Source: a virus
Taxonomy: Duplodnaviria; Heunggongvirae; Uroviricota; Caudoviricetes
Virus record (IMG/VR): IMGVR_UViG_2878930440_000003
Strand: one strand, 5' to 3'
DNA length: 42,740 nt
The notes beneath the pieces were generated by a model. That model was not told the DNA's origin. It did not search any database and saw nothing but the letters and a program-made list of their open reading frames with translations. The first letter of the stretch is position 1; every line of letters begins with the position of its first letter. Positions 9,057 through 18,163 of this stretch are shown here, in pieces. A program made the translations under genes and the position numbers.

Positions 9057-9470
9057 ATGGAAGATTTTGAAATGGATGAATTTAAATCTGTAAGGGAGAT
9101 ACAGAAAGAGAAGAAGGAAAAGGTAAAGAAACTTCTCCCTGCAAGAAAGAGTGCCCAAAAGGAATATATACGTGACTGGCTGGCGAGGAGCCAAGAGCAG
9201 TTTGAGGATTGTATGAACCAACTGGCAGAGTATGATCCTAAGACATACGTCACCATCTACAAAGACCTTACCAAGCACATGATACCAAAGCAGACAGAAG
9301 TAAGCGTTACCCACGGTATAGATGCAGACTTCAAGCAGCTTATGGCACTCGGTATGACAACTGTAGAAGATGAAGACGAGGCAGACGTACTGGACATAAG
9401 CAAAGCACCCGAGATACAGGATGCAGATTTTGAGGAACTAAACGATTTGACGGATGGCTCTAGTAACTGA
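9057..9470 (+). CDS. Putative terminase small subunit
   Basis: 137-aa helical protein overlapping the TerL start. Confidence 0.55.
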   Translation: MEDFEMDEFKSVREIQKEKKEKVKKLLPARKSAQKEYIRDWLARSQEQFEDCMNQLAEYDPKTYVTIYKDLTKHMIPKQTEVSVTHGIDADFKQLMALGMTTVEDEDEADVLDISKAPEIQDADFEELNDLTDGSSN

Positions 9471-11571
9471 ACAGGAAATAGATAATCTCGTAGCGGAAAA
9501 TCAGAAGCGATACGATGAGATTTATGGCACCTACGACCCTATGACGGGCGAAGGTTGCTATAACTTTGAGCATCGTGTGAAGATAGAGCTATCCGATTTC
9601 TTCATTCCTAAGATGTGGGTTCCGAAGAAGACTGCCAAATCTGTTCTGTTCAGAGGTCTGAGAAAGATGGGCAGTCTGAAAGACTACATCAACTATGTAT
9701 TGCACCAGAAGGATGATGCCCAGCATTTCCAGATGCTTACCTTTGCCATCTGTAGAGTTAGGTTCATGGAAGACCCCGAGTTTGCCCTATACGTGACCGA
9801 TAAGATTGAGGATAAGAAGACCGGTAAGATGATTCCTTTCAAGCTGAACTATCCTCAAAGAAAGCTACTAAAGATTATGGAAGACCTGCGGAATGCCCAC
9901 AAACCGGTGTTCGTGGTTATTCTGAAGGCACGTCAGTGGGGCGGCTCTACCCTATCACAGCTTTACATCAAATGGATTCAGGACTACAGGCGCGATGGTT
10001 GGAATGCTATCGTGCTTGCCCAACAGAAGAATACCGCCAAGAAGATTAAGGCGATGTACCGAAAGGCGTTGGAGCGGCAGCCGGGGTGGACCGTGGGGCA
10101 TCCGGGCGCAAAACTTCAGTTCTCGCCATACGAAAATTCTCCTGACGATTTTCAAGTAACGGATGGTGTGAAGGCAATCAGACGAAGTACGCTGACGGTA
10201 GCATCCTTCGAGAACTTCGATTCGGTGCGTGGTAGCAACTTCCACTGTGCCCACTATTCGGAGGTAGCCTATTGGAAGAAGACACCAGAGCATGATCCTG
10301 AGGGTGTGATTTCTTCTATATCCGGTGGTATCGACCCATTGGAAGACAACGTGGAGATATTCGAGAGTACCGGTAGAGGTAACTCTGGTTTCTTCTACGA
10401 CAAGTGCCAGTTGGCCATGGACCCAAAGAATAATGATGCTTATTCGTTCCTCTTTATTCCTTGTTTCTTCATCGAAAAGGATATGACTCCTGTAGAGAAC
10501 AGAAGAGCATTTGCCAAGTGGCTTTTGCAGAACAGAGACCGAAGCACCTGCCCGAAGGGCTATCGTGAGACCGGAAAGTTCTTCTGGCGAATGTGGCAGA
10601 AGGGTGCTTGCTTTGAGGCGATAGAATGGTACAGAAACTACAGAAACAAGTTTACCACCCACGCGGCATGTGCTACCGAGGCTCCTATTGATGAGGAAGA
10701 TGCGTTCAGAAACTCAGGCAGGCTGGTATTCAATCCTTATTCTATAGATGACATGCAGGCTATGTATAAGCAAGACCCTAAGTTTACTGCCGACATCGTG
10801 GTGAACATCAGCGTGAAGGATGATAACACCATTCCGAACTCGAAGGTGAAGCTGAGAGACGATGGAGAGGGAGACTTGAAGATTTGGGCTGTTCCAAACT
10901 GCCTGCAAGTGGAGAACAGATACTTGGTGAGCGTGGATATTGGCGGTAAGAGTACGACATCGGACTATACCGTTATGACCGTGATAGACCGATTCGGCAT
11001 GATTCCTACGGTAAAGGGCAAGCCAAAGGTGGTAGCGAGATACAGGGGGCATGTCAGACATGATAAACTGGCATGGATGGCTGCTGCCCTAGCCCACTAT
11101 TATGATGATGCGCTGCTGGTAATAGAGAGTAATACTGCCGACCGAGAGAAGAATAATAACACGGAGGGTGATCACTTTCTGACTATTCTGCAAGAGATTG
11201 CCGACTACTACGATAATCTGTATCAGAGAACGAGCAGTTCGGAGAATGTGGAAGATAACGTACTGGCGAAGTATGGTTTCCAAACCAACAAGCTGACGAA
11301 GCAGCAGGTGATTGATAACTTGGAAGAGTTTATTGATGATAATCTGTATGAGGAGCCAGACAAGGAAATGTATCATGAGTTGCGCATCTATGAGCGACAT
11401 GATGATGGCAGCTTGGGTAACATCGTGGGTAACGGAAACCATGATGATGTGGTAATGAGTACCGGCATCGGTCTCTTTGTGAGTCTTACGGACATGGAGA
11501 AGCCTAGCTGGAAGAAAGCGGAAAGAAGAAGCCGTGGTGGCGATGGTGTTCATACGGCGGCGAAAATTTAG
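9454..11571 (+). CDS. terL: Terminase large subunit
   Basis: Walker A LKARQWGGST, Walker B region HYSEVAYW, coupling motif ESTG, RNase H-like nuclease motifs YLVSVDIGG and NHDDVVMS. Confidence 0.93.
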   Translation: MALVTEQEIDNLVAENQKRYDEIYGTYDPMTGEGCYNFEHRVKIELSDFFIPKMWVPKKTAKSVLFRGLRKMGSLKDYINYVLHQKDDAQHFQMLTFAICRVRFMEDPEFALYVTDKIEDKKTGKMIPFKLNYPQRKLLKIMEDLRNAHKPVFVVILKARQWGGSTLSQLYIKWIQDYRRDGWNAIVLAQQKNTAKKIKAMYRKALERQPGWTVGHPGAKLQFSPYENSPDDFQVTDGVKAIRRSTLTVASFENFDSVRGSNFHCAHYSEVAYWKKTPEHDPEGVISSISGGIDPLEDNVEIFESTGRGNSGFFYDKCQLAMDPKNNDAYSFLFIPCFFIEKDMTPVENRRAFAKWLLQNRDRSTCPKGYRETGKFFWRMWQKGACFEAIEWYRNYRNKFTTHAACATEAPIDEEDAFRNSGRLVFNPYSIDDMQAMYKQDPKFTADIVVNISVKDDNTIPNSKVKLRDDGEGDLKIWAVPNCLQVENRYLVSVDIGGKSTTSDYTVMTVIDRFGMIPTVKGKPKVVARYRGHVRHDKLAWMAAALAHYYDDALLVIESNTADREKNNNTEGDHFLTILQEIADYYDNLYQRTSSSENVEDNVLAKYGFQTNKLTKQQVIDNLEEFIDDNLYEEPDKEMYHELRIYERHDDGSLGNIVGNGNHDDVVMSTGIGLFVSLTDMEKPSWKKAERRSRGGDGVHTAAKI

Positions 11572-11603
11572 GGGGAGTGTTGAATGTTAAATGTTGAATT
11601 ATT

Positions 11604-14261
11604 ATGGAAAGAAACTTAGAAAGACAAACTTTGAGTTTTAGCAAGGGCATGACGAATGTGCCTAGCGACTTGCTTTCAGATGATTCTGAACTACTGGAGA
11701 GTGACGGATTTATCTTTAAGGATGGGGAAATGAAGGCGGTACAGAAGGGGGTGAGTATTGGCAACGTTCCTTATAAGATAATGTACGTTCACAAGATGGC
11801 AGACTATGAGAATATCATTGCCTATGATGGTACGACGAATATATACTGGTATACCAAAGATGATAGTGGAAATATCGTAAGCCCACCCGATGGAGTAACG
11901 AAAAGTTTCAATGTAGGAACCGTTTATGATGTAAAAAGTATAGGTAATACACTTGCGGTTGCGACAAATGAAGGCTTGCATTATCTGCTATTTAAAGGTG
12001 GAAAATATAAAGATTTAGGTACAGAGATTCCTACACCTAATGTGGTGTTTTCTATATCACCAAGTACGCCCATAGAAGCAGATACACCTATCAGATACGA
12101 AGGCTTTGTTAATCACAAAACACTTAAAGTAAGCTATGATGACTCTGGAAATGTATGTAGAATACATAAGTTGATATATATAAAGAATAGTGGTGATTTC
12201 GGAGAGCAAACGGTTACGATAAATGACAATACTCCCGTCAAAGAAGAAGACTACGAAGCTTATGCTATAACAAACGATAATGACAACAACGAAAACTTAT
12301 TTCAAGATGCTGTTGTCGGTCATGTATCATCTATTATAAATAAAGCAAAAGAAAAAAATCTTTTCTGCTTTCCTTTTTATGCAAGGTATGCCTTACGTCT
12401 CTTTGATGGGACTTATGCCAGGATTTCAAATCCGGTGATTTGTTACCCATGTGTTACAGGAAACCATCATTCGCATATTGGAAACACAACAGCCTACTTT
12501 ACCTTGTATGGAGTAAGTCTAACAGCGGCTGTATCAATACCCCAAAAAGAAGACTGGGTTGATATTGTAAAAGAAATCGTTTTTTTTGCCACAAAGGGTG
12601 TAATGCCTTATAAATTAGAAAAAGGTTGGAAATTCGGATACCTTGATGAGGTTTATGGAATGACGTGGCATGATGATGTTGGACCTGACAATTATACTGA
12701 ACATAAATATAGCAGATATGGTTATACGGATGAGCCAAGTATGCGAATCATACCTAGTTTAAAAACGAAGGATAAAATAGCAGAAGAATTAAAGAAAGAT
12801 ACTGTGTTCTATAAAATATCGCAACTTAACGTGATGTCGGAAGATGTAGATGGGATAAGCTCGGCTCTCAAAATAGATGATGGCGTTCTATCAACATTAG
12901 AAACGCAGGAGCAGCTAAAAAAGGATGATTATTACGGATGGGCACATTATGTTTTTAAAAAAATGTATCCATACAATGGAAGATTAAACGCTATCGGAGT
13001 ATACAGAAGTCCGTTTGAAGGGTTTAGTTCTTTTTGCGCATTAAAAGGTGAAGATATTGATTCTTATAAATATTATGTGCATATCGAATCTGGCTCTATG
13101 TCACGTTGGGTAGAATCTAAAGAAGGTAAGGCTCCAAAGTGTACGCTAAACGGATGGTTTTTCTACCCTGACCCAAATGCTACCGAAGTTATTGTATATG
13201 ATGCTAACCATAATAGGGGAATCAAGAGTAAGTTGCAGCCTCACCCTTTATTAAATGGTTCTTATAAAATGGCTCTACCAGATAATACTATTAAGTGGGA
13301 GGATAATATTTCCTTACCTAGTATAGAAAACGAAATAGAAGATTTGAACTCTCAGATTTTTACCTCAGTAGTCAATAACCCATTTGTATTTGAGGCATCG
13401 GGAGATAATACGGTTGGAACCGGAAAGATACTCGGAATTATTGCCAACACGGAGGCTGTAAGTCAAGGTCAGTTTGGTCAATATCCATTGATGGTATTTA
13501 CAGATGAAGGTATCTACGGCTTGTCGGTTAACTCAGAAGGTCTCTATAGCAGAGCCTATCCAATATCAAGAGAGGTATGTAATGAGGATTCGCCACTGGT
13601 GCCGACGGACAGGCTTGTGTTCTTTGCTTCAAAGAAAGGGCTGATGGCGGCAAGCGGTGGAAGCGTAGCCTGTATGAGCGAACAGATGAGGGGAAGAGTG
13701 CCGAGGAACTTTGCAACCTTCGGGGAAGGAAAGTTCCTGGATTTTCTGAAAGACTGCTTTATCGCCTACGATTACAGAGACTCCATATTGAGAATATTCA
13801 GCAAGGGAAAATCATACCAATACATATATAATATGGTGGATAAGACCTTCTCAATGGTGAATAGCGGAATAGAGGCACAGGCGGTAGTGAATGATTATCC
13901 GGATAATCTGATACAAGATACTAAAGGAAACGTCTATTCACTCACTTCAAAGCCAGACATCAATGAAGATACGGAAAGCTATAGCGGATCATTTACCACC
14001 AGACCTTTAAAGTTGGGCGGCAGCATGACGTTGAAATCGCTGAGAGCGGTGAAGCATCTGTTTGATTCGGACGAAGGTACGATTGGGCTGGAGATATACG
14101 GAAGCAACGACTGCAAGCACTGGTGCAAGCTGCCAAGCGTCGGCGGTAAGCCTTGGAAATATTTTACTTTCAAGTATACGCTGCAGAACTTCAAGGCTGC
14201 TGATTCCTTTGCAGGAAGTATAGTGGAGGTACAAAGCAGACGAGAAGACAAAATGAGATAA
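11604..14261 (+). CDS. Putative tail nozzle/stabilization protein (podovirus type)
   Basis: 885 aa, beta-rich. N-terminal FSKGMTNVPSD, IFTSVVNNPF, QFGQYPLMVFTDEGIY and IAYDY motifs resemble podoviral stabilization proteins. Confidence 0.6.
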   Translation: MERNLERQTLSFSKGMTNVPSDLLSDDSELLESDGFIFKDGEMKAVQKGVSIGNVPYKIMYVHKMADYENIIAYDGTTNIYWYTKDDSGNIVSPPDGVTKSFNVGTVYDVKSIGNTLAVATNEGLHYLLFKGGKYKDLGTEIPTPNVVFSISPSTPIEADTPIRYEGFVNHKTLKVSYDDSGNVCRIHKLIYIKNSGDFGEQTVTINDNTPVKEEDYEAYAITNDNDNNENLFQDAVVGHVSSIINKAKEKNLFCFPFYARYALRLFDGTYARISNPVICYPCVTGNHHSHIGNTTAYFTLYGVSLTAAVSIPQKEDWVDIVKEIVFFATKGVMPYKLEKGWKFGYLDEVYGMTWHDDVGPDNYTEHKYSRYGYTDEPSMRIIPSLKTKDKIAEELKKDTVFYKISQLNVMSEDVDGISSALKIDDGVLSTLETQEQLKKDDYYGWAHYVFKKMYPYNGRLNAIGVYRSPFEGFSSFCALKGEDIDSYKYYVHIESGSMSRWVESKEGKAPKCTLNGWFFYPDPNATEVIVYDANHNRGIKSKLQPHPLLNGSYKMALPDNTIKWEDNISLPSIENEIEDLNSQIFTSVVNNPFVFEASGDNTVGTGKILGIIANTEAVSQGQFGQYPLMVFTDEGIYGLSVNSEGLYSRAYPISREVCNEDSPLVPTDRLVFFASKKGLMAASGGSVACMSEQMRGRVPRNFATFGEGKFLDFLKDCFIAYDYRDSILRIFSKGKSYQYIYNMVDKTFSMVNSGIEAQAVVNDYPDNLIQDTKGNVYSLTSKPDINEDTESYSGSFTTRPLKLGGSMTLKSLRAVKHLFDSDEGTIGLEIYGSNDCKHWCKLPSVGGKPWKYFTFKYTLQNFKAADSFAGSIVEVQSRREDKMR

Positions 14262-14295
14262 TTCTTTCATACGCGCTAATTTATGATAACATGAA

Positions 14296-14328
14296 AAAGG
14301 CGGCTGCTCATCACGAGTGGTCGCCTTT
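14296..14328. terminator. Bidirectional terminator hairpin with ATCAC loop between convergent genes
   Basis: AAAGGCGGCTGCTC-ATCAC-GAGTGGTCGCCTTT with A/T runs on both sides. Confidence 0.75.
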
Positions 14329-14380
14329 AAAATTAGTTATGAAAAACATTTTTAAAAACATGAATCTCTTTATATGTGTG

Positions 14381-14863
14381 TTATCTGATTTTGATATTAT
14401 TTACGCAATACGCTACGATGTAGCCTAGGATAAAGCAGTAAAGATGCAGAAGTCCGTTGACATTCGGCACGGCCATGGTGCAAATAATGAACGGCATCGC
14501 TTTCTTTAATGCCTCTTTCCATCGTCCTGTCTTACCCCACATCAAACCAAAGGAAGAGAATAGGAAACCGGAAAGCCCCATTGTAGGCTGACTAACATAC
14601 ATGGGCAGCAGACTAGCGACAGAGGCAACAGCCAGAGAAGTGACTGGTTTCATATCGTTCTTTATTTGCCAAAGCACCAGAAGGTTTACGGCAAGATGAA
14701 AGCCGTTGACATGGAAGAAGCTATACAGGATATGATTCTGCCATGGACAACCGGGATAGAAACCGACATGCCAAGTACACAGAACGAGGCAGATGATGCT
14801 AAGCACCAGCTTTGTTCGAAAGTTTCTTCTTACGAAGGTCCATTTCTCTGTAATTTTTTCCAT
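14381..14863 (-). CDS. Rhomboid-family intramembrane serine protease (compact)
   Basis: HVNGFHLAVN (HxxxxHxxxN), catalytic GLSG and catalytic His in NGLLHLYCFILG; several TM segments. Probable start MEKITEK at 14863 (track 14938). Confidence 0.85.
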   Translation of the reverse strand: MEKITEKWTFVRRNFRTKLVLSIICLVLCTWHVGFYPGCPWQNHILYSFFHVNGFHLAVNLLVLWQIKNDMKPVTSLAVASVASLLPMYVSQPTMGLSGFLFSSFGLMWGKTGRWKEALKKAMPFIICTMAVPNVNGLLHLYCFILGYIVAYCVNNIKIR

Positions 14864-15254
14864 ACTTCTTATAGTAAGCGAAAATGAATTTGAGATTACT
14901 TGGCTGGATAAAGAACTCGGGGGCAGGCTCAGAAACAAGGAACTGGCAGATAAACCATAAAGATTTGCCCACGAACTCCTTGCGCTGCGTCATTTCCTTC
15001 ATCCTATTGAACAGCGTATAGTACAACTTCTGCCGAATCGGCTTCATGCTATCCACCTTTGAGAAATCGCCGACTGCCATTCTGCGGAGTATATCCCAAG
15101 CTCTTTTGGGAGAAACATAGTATCTGGGAGCAGGAGAATGGACCACCTTTTCCCAAGCCTCCTGTTGGAAATGGCAATTAGGAGCTATCTCCCGATACGC
15201 CTTCATCAGATCATCCCTCTGTCTGTCAATCAATTCGTAATTTGCTCTTGCCAT
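14799..15254 (-). CDS. Conserved phage hypothetical protein, possibly DNA-binding regulator
   Basis: 151 aa, basic, with two PAP(R/E)(Y/F)(Y/F) motifs; overlaps the rhomboid start. Confidence 0.7.
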   Translation of the reverse strand: MARANYELIDRQRDDLMKAYREIAPNCHFQQEAWEKVVHSPAPRYYVSPKRAWDILRRMAVGDFSKVDSMKPIRQKLYYTLFNRMKEMTQRKEFVGKSLWFICQFLVSEPAPEFFIQPSNLKFIFAYYKKYGKNYREMDLRKKKLSNKAGA

Positions 15255-15277
15255 ATAAATGCTGCATTAAGATGTTG

Positions 15278-15285
15278 CAAATATA
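15278..15285 (-). promoter_or_regulatory. Bacteroidota -7 promoter element for the 15254/rhomboid operon
   Basis: TATATTTG on the minus strand, ~24 nt upstream of the ATG. Confidence 0.6.
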
Positions 15286-15455
15286 CATATTATTTAGAAT
15301 ATGACCAAATAAGCACATAAAGATTTAAATAAGTTTAATATTAGGCTGGTTTTCATGGCATTACGAAAGAAAAAGTTTAATTTTGCAACAAAATGAGATG
15401 CAAATCTCAGAAACAGTTAGCAAATTGTAAAATTAAACCATAAAATCGCAACAAA

Positions 15456-15942
15456 ATGAGAACAAAACAGGAATCACCTCTCTCGAAAGAGGAGGAAGCC
15501 TTAGTAATGGAAGGCTTATTGAGTAGGAAGATTTGGAGGTTCTATGAACTTCTAGCAAAGTGGGCACCCATACCATTGATGTTAGGTCACTGGTACGGCG
15601 TATGGGACTATGGGCGCTATCCCTAGACCAACAGTTATAGATACCGATTTAAACGGAAACTGCATCATCTGGATTTATGTACTGGCGTACATCTACATGC
15701 CACTGACCATGATACCGGTAAGTTTCTTCTTCAGATACTGCTGGATATTCCGCATTCCGTTCTTTTATTTTTTCGGTATCAACGCTATCAGACTATACTG
15801 TCGGCACTGGCTCATCACTCCCGAGCAGTTGGAGATGCACCATGTGTTTATCATATTCACTTTAATGCTTTACGCTTATGGATTTATCAAAATCGCTCTA
15901 TCGAATAGCAGAATCTGCCTTTGGGATGCTAAGAAACGATGA
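15456..15942 (+). pseudogene. Multi-TM membrane protein split by a 1-bp frameshift
   Basis: MRTKQESP...DYGRYP ends at TAG 15624-15626. Removing one C from CCC at 15621-15623 joins it to RPTVIDTDLNGNCIIWIYV... (ORF 15610..15942). Confidence 0.6.
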
Positions 15943-16339
15943 GTGTGGGTTTACAGAGGAAGAAGAGAGGATTGTGCAGAGGAATCTTCTGTACTGGATG
16001 GAAAGGAAGCATCACTTTGACGAGCAACTGGGCAGAGCCTGTATCGCCAACATCTATTATTTTGATGATGATGTTCACAAGAAGTATGCGCCTTACTTCG
16101 GGCTTGATGAGTTGAAGGAGGACTATGAAAGGTTATCATGGAACATACCGGACTACAACTTCTGGGATTTTGCGGTAACGATGAATAAGATGTATGCTGA
16201 TCATATAGACGTGGTGGGCAAATGGTCGAAGAACAAAGATACCACCAGAAAAAGAATCTCGGAACTGGCTATCAGTTTTCTCTGTGACGAATCGACAAAC
16301 CACCCGACAGATAAAATCTGGTGGTACATGAACAGCTAA
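15878..16339 (+). CDS. Conserved phage hypothetical protein (start may be 15926)
   Basis: YNFWDFAVTMNKMYADH and KIWWYM motifs; typical of pre-lysis genes. Confidence 0.65.
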   Translation: MDLSKSLYRIAESAFGMLRNDECGFTEEEERIVQRNLLYWMERKHHFDEQLGRACIANIYYFDDDVHKKYAPYFGLDELKEDYERLSWNIPDYNFWDFAVTMNKMYADHIDVVGKWSKNKDTTRKRISELAISFLCDESTNHPTDKIWWYMNS

Positions 16340-16381
16340 GTTGGAACACGGCAAAAGCTATTGAAAAGCCTTTTATCTTTG
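16340..16381 (+). promoter_or_regulatory. Late promoter of the lysis cassette (third GTTGGAACACGGCAAA box plus TATCTTTG)
   Basis: Box at 16340-16355 is identical to 5007-5022; -7 element at 16374-16381, 34 nt from the box start. Confidence 0.75.
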
Positions 16382-16407
16382 TAGCCATTAATCATAAATA
16401 ATGATAT

Positions 16408-16851
16408 ATGGCAGAGATAGTACATACATTTTTACAAGAGCACCTGTACAGATCGGCATTGGTTATTGCCATCTGCATGGGTGCTCTTATCATTTCTATG
16501 GGCGTGGACCTGTTCTTTGGCATCAAGAAAGCGAAGGAGAACGGACTGGCTACGACAAGTACAGGATTCAAGAAGACTTGCGACAAGGCGAGGAAATACT
16601 TCTCTCCCTTCATGGTGACGGTCTGCATAGACCTGATAGCCTGTACGGTTCTCCCCTTCCCTGTCTTCTCTATGATATGGGCAGGATATTGCGTGTTCTG
16701 TGAATTTGTAAGCGTAAGAGAGAAGAGCTGGCAGAAGGCTGAGATACGGAAGCAGGAGAAGACGGTAAGCATTCTTCTTGAGAACAAAGAAGACTTGGCT
16801 AGGGCTTTTGCAGAGATTATGAAGGAACAGGGAAAGGAGGAGAAGAAATGA
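16408..16851 (+). CDS. Holin
   Basis: TM helices, VDLFFGIKKAK...TSTGFKKT pattern of Bacteroidota phage holins, charged C-tail; coupled to the endolysin. Confidence 0.75.
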   Translation: MAEIVHTFLQEHLYRSALVIAICMGALIISMGVDLFFGIKKAKENGLATTSTGFKKTCDKARKYFSPFMVTVCIDLIACTVLPFPVFSMIWAGYCVFCEFVSVREKSWQKAEIRKQEKTVSILLENKEDLARAFAEIMKEQGKEEKK

Positions 16852-17291
16852 GACTGATTAAGAGAATTTTTGTTCATTGCAGTGCCTCTTCACAGAAATG
16901 GGGCGTGAAGGAACTTTGGGATGAGTTTAAGCGAAAAGGCTGGAACAACCCCGGCTATCATTACGTGATTACTGCTGATGGTGGGATTCACCAGATGCTG
17001 CCGGTAGAAATGGTTAGCAACGGCGTGAAGGGATATAACGCTACGGCTATCAATGTGGCTTATGTTGGCGGCATCAACAAGAAGGGAAAGGCGGTAGACA
17101 ACAGAACTGAGGAGCAGAAGAAATCGCTTATCACGCTGCTCACTCAGCTAAAGAAGAAATATCCGGATGCTGAAATCTTGGGGCATAGGGATATTTCGCC
17201 AGACAAGAATCATAATGGCGTAGTGGATCCTTGGGAGAGAATCAAGGAGTGCCCTTGCTTTGACGCTAGAGTTGAATACAAAGAGATATAG
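16848..17291 (+). CDS. Endolysin, N-acetylmuramoyl-L-alanine amidase (Amidase_2/T7 lysozyme type)
   Basis: Zinc-binding motifs FVHCSA, YHYVI, GHRD and KECPCFD. Confidence 0.92.
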   Translation: MRLIKRIFVHCSASSQKWGVKELWDEFKRKGWNNPGYHYVITADGGIHQMLPVEMVSNGVKGYNATAINVAYVGGINKKGKAVDNRTEEQKKSLITLLTQLKKKYPDAEILGHRDISPDKNHNGVVDPWERIKECPCFDARVEYKEI

Positions 17292-17294
17292 CTT

Positions 17295-17735
17295 ATGAAA
17301 TGGTATGACATAAGGTTTTGGAAATGGGCTTGCATCGGGCTGGTGATTGGGGTTATCCTATTGGCATTTACAGGATGCAAGACGAAGGAGTATATCAAGG
17401 TTCCTTCTGTTAGAACTGAATACGTATGCAGAACTGATACTTTTGCTAAGTTGGATAGTATCTACATGAAGGATTCGGTATATGTTTTTCAGAAAGGTGA
17501 TACGGTTTTCCATAACAAGGTGGTTTATCGGGACCGGTATCATAATATATATAAGGTGAAGACGGACACGATCATCAAGAGGGATTCTGTTGCCGTGCCT
17601 TATCCTATAGAGCGACAACTGACGAAGAACGAGCAAAGGCTGATGTCGCTGGGCAGATGCTATATCGCCTTTCTGTTCATACTGGCGGTTTGCGCGATTG
17701 GGTTTACTCTCTGGTACAGAAACAAAAAGTGCTAG
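17295..17735 (+). CDS. Putative unimolecular spanin (lipoprotein with C-terminal TM helix)
   Basis: Lipobox AFTGC-KTKEY, beta-repeat middle (DSIY/DTVF/DTII) and C-terminal TM YIAFLFILAVCAIGFTLW. Confidence 0.65.
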   Translation: MKWYDIRFWKWACIGLVIGVILLAFTGCKTKEYIKVPSVRTEYVCRTDTFAKLDSIYMKDSVYVFQKGDTVFHNKVVYRDRYHNIYKVKTDTIIKRDSVAVPYPIERQLTKNEQRLMSLGRCYIAFLFILAVCAIGFTLWYRNKKC

Positions 17736-17738
17736 CTT

Positions 17739-18050
17739 ATGGCGAAGATTAGCGAAGAACTGCAGATGATTGATTCGCTCCTGATGGAATTTCATGAGCG
17801 GATTCAGAGCGGAAGATGCTTAACTAACAAACAGCAAAATGCTTTCATGTTAGATTTTCTGCACCGCATCGCCAACAAGGACGAGCCTATCAGCAAGGCA
17901 GAGGCGTGCGGCTACGTTCATATTTCCAGGGCTACCTTTGACCGGCTTGTGAAAGAAGGCAGGCTGCCAAAGGGTAAAAAGCGGAAAGGATGGACCGAGC
18001 TAGTTTGGTACGAAAAGGATTTAGATGAATATATAGATAGATTGGTATAG
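17739..18050 (+). CDS. AlpA/excisionase-like HTH protein
   Basis: ISKAEACGYVHISRATFDRLVKEGRLP winged-HTH pattern. Confidence 0.7.
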   Translation: MAKISEELQMIDSLLMEFHERIQSGRCLTNKQQNAFMLDFLHRIANKDEPISKAEACGYVHISRATFDRLVKEGRLPKGKKRKGWTELVWYEKDLDEYIDRLV

Positions 18051-18119
18051 ATTTTACTTTTTTATTTTTAGTTAGTTGTGTTAATTAGGTTTTAAGTAGA
18101 TTGTTTCATTGCAAAAAGA

Positions 18120-18154
18120 AATCCCCACTCGGCTGTGATAGCTGGGTGGGGATT
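18120..18154. terminator. Bidirectional terminator between late and early operons
   Basis: AATCCCCACTCGGCT-GTGAT-AGCTGGGTGGGGATT hairpin with flanking A/T runs. Confidence 0.75.
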
Positions 18155-18163
18155 GTGGGTTAT

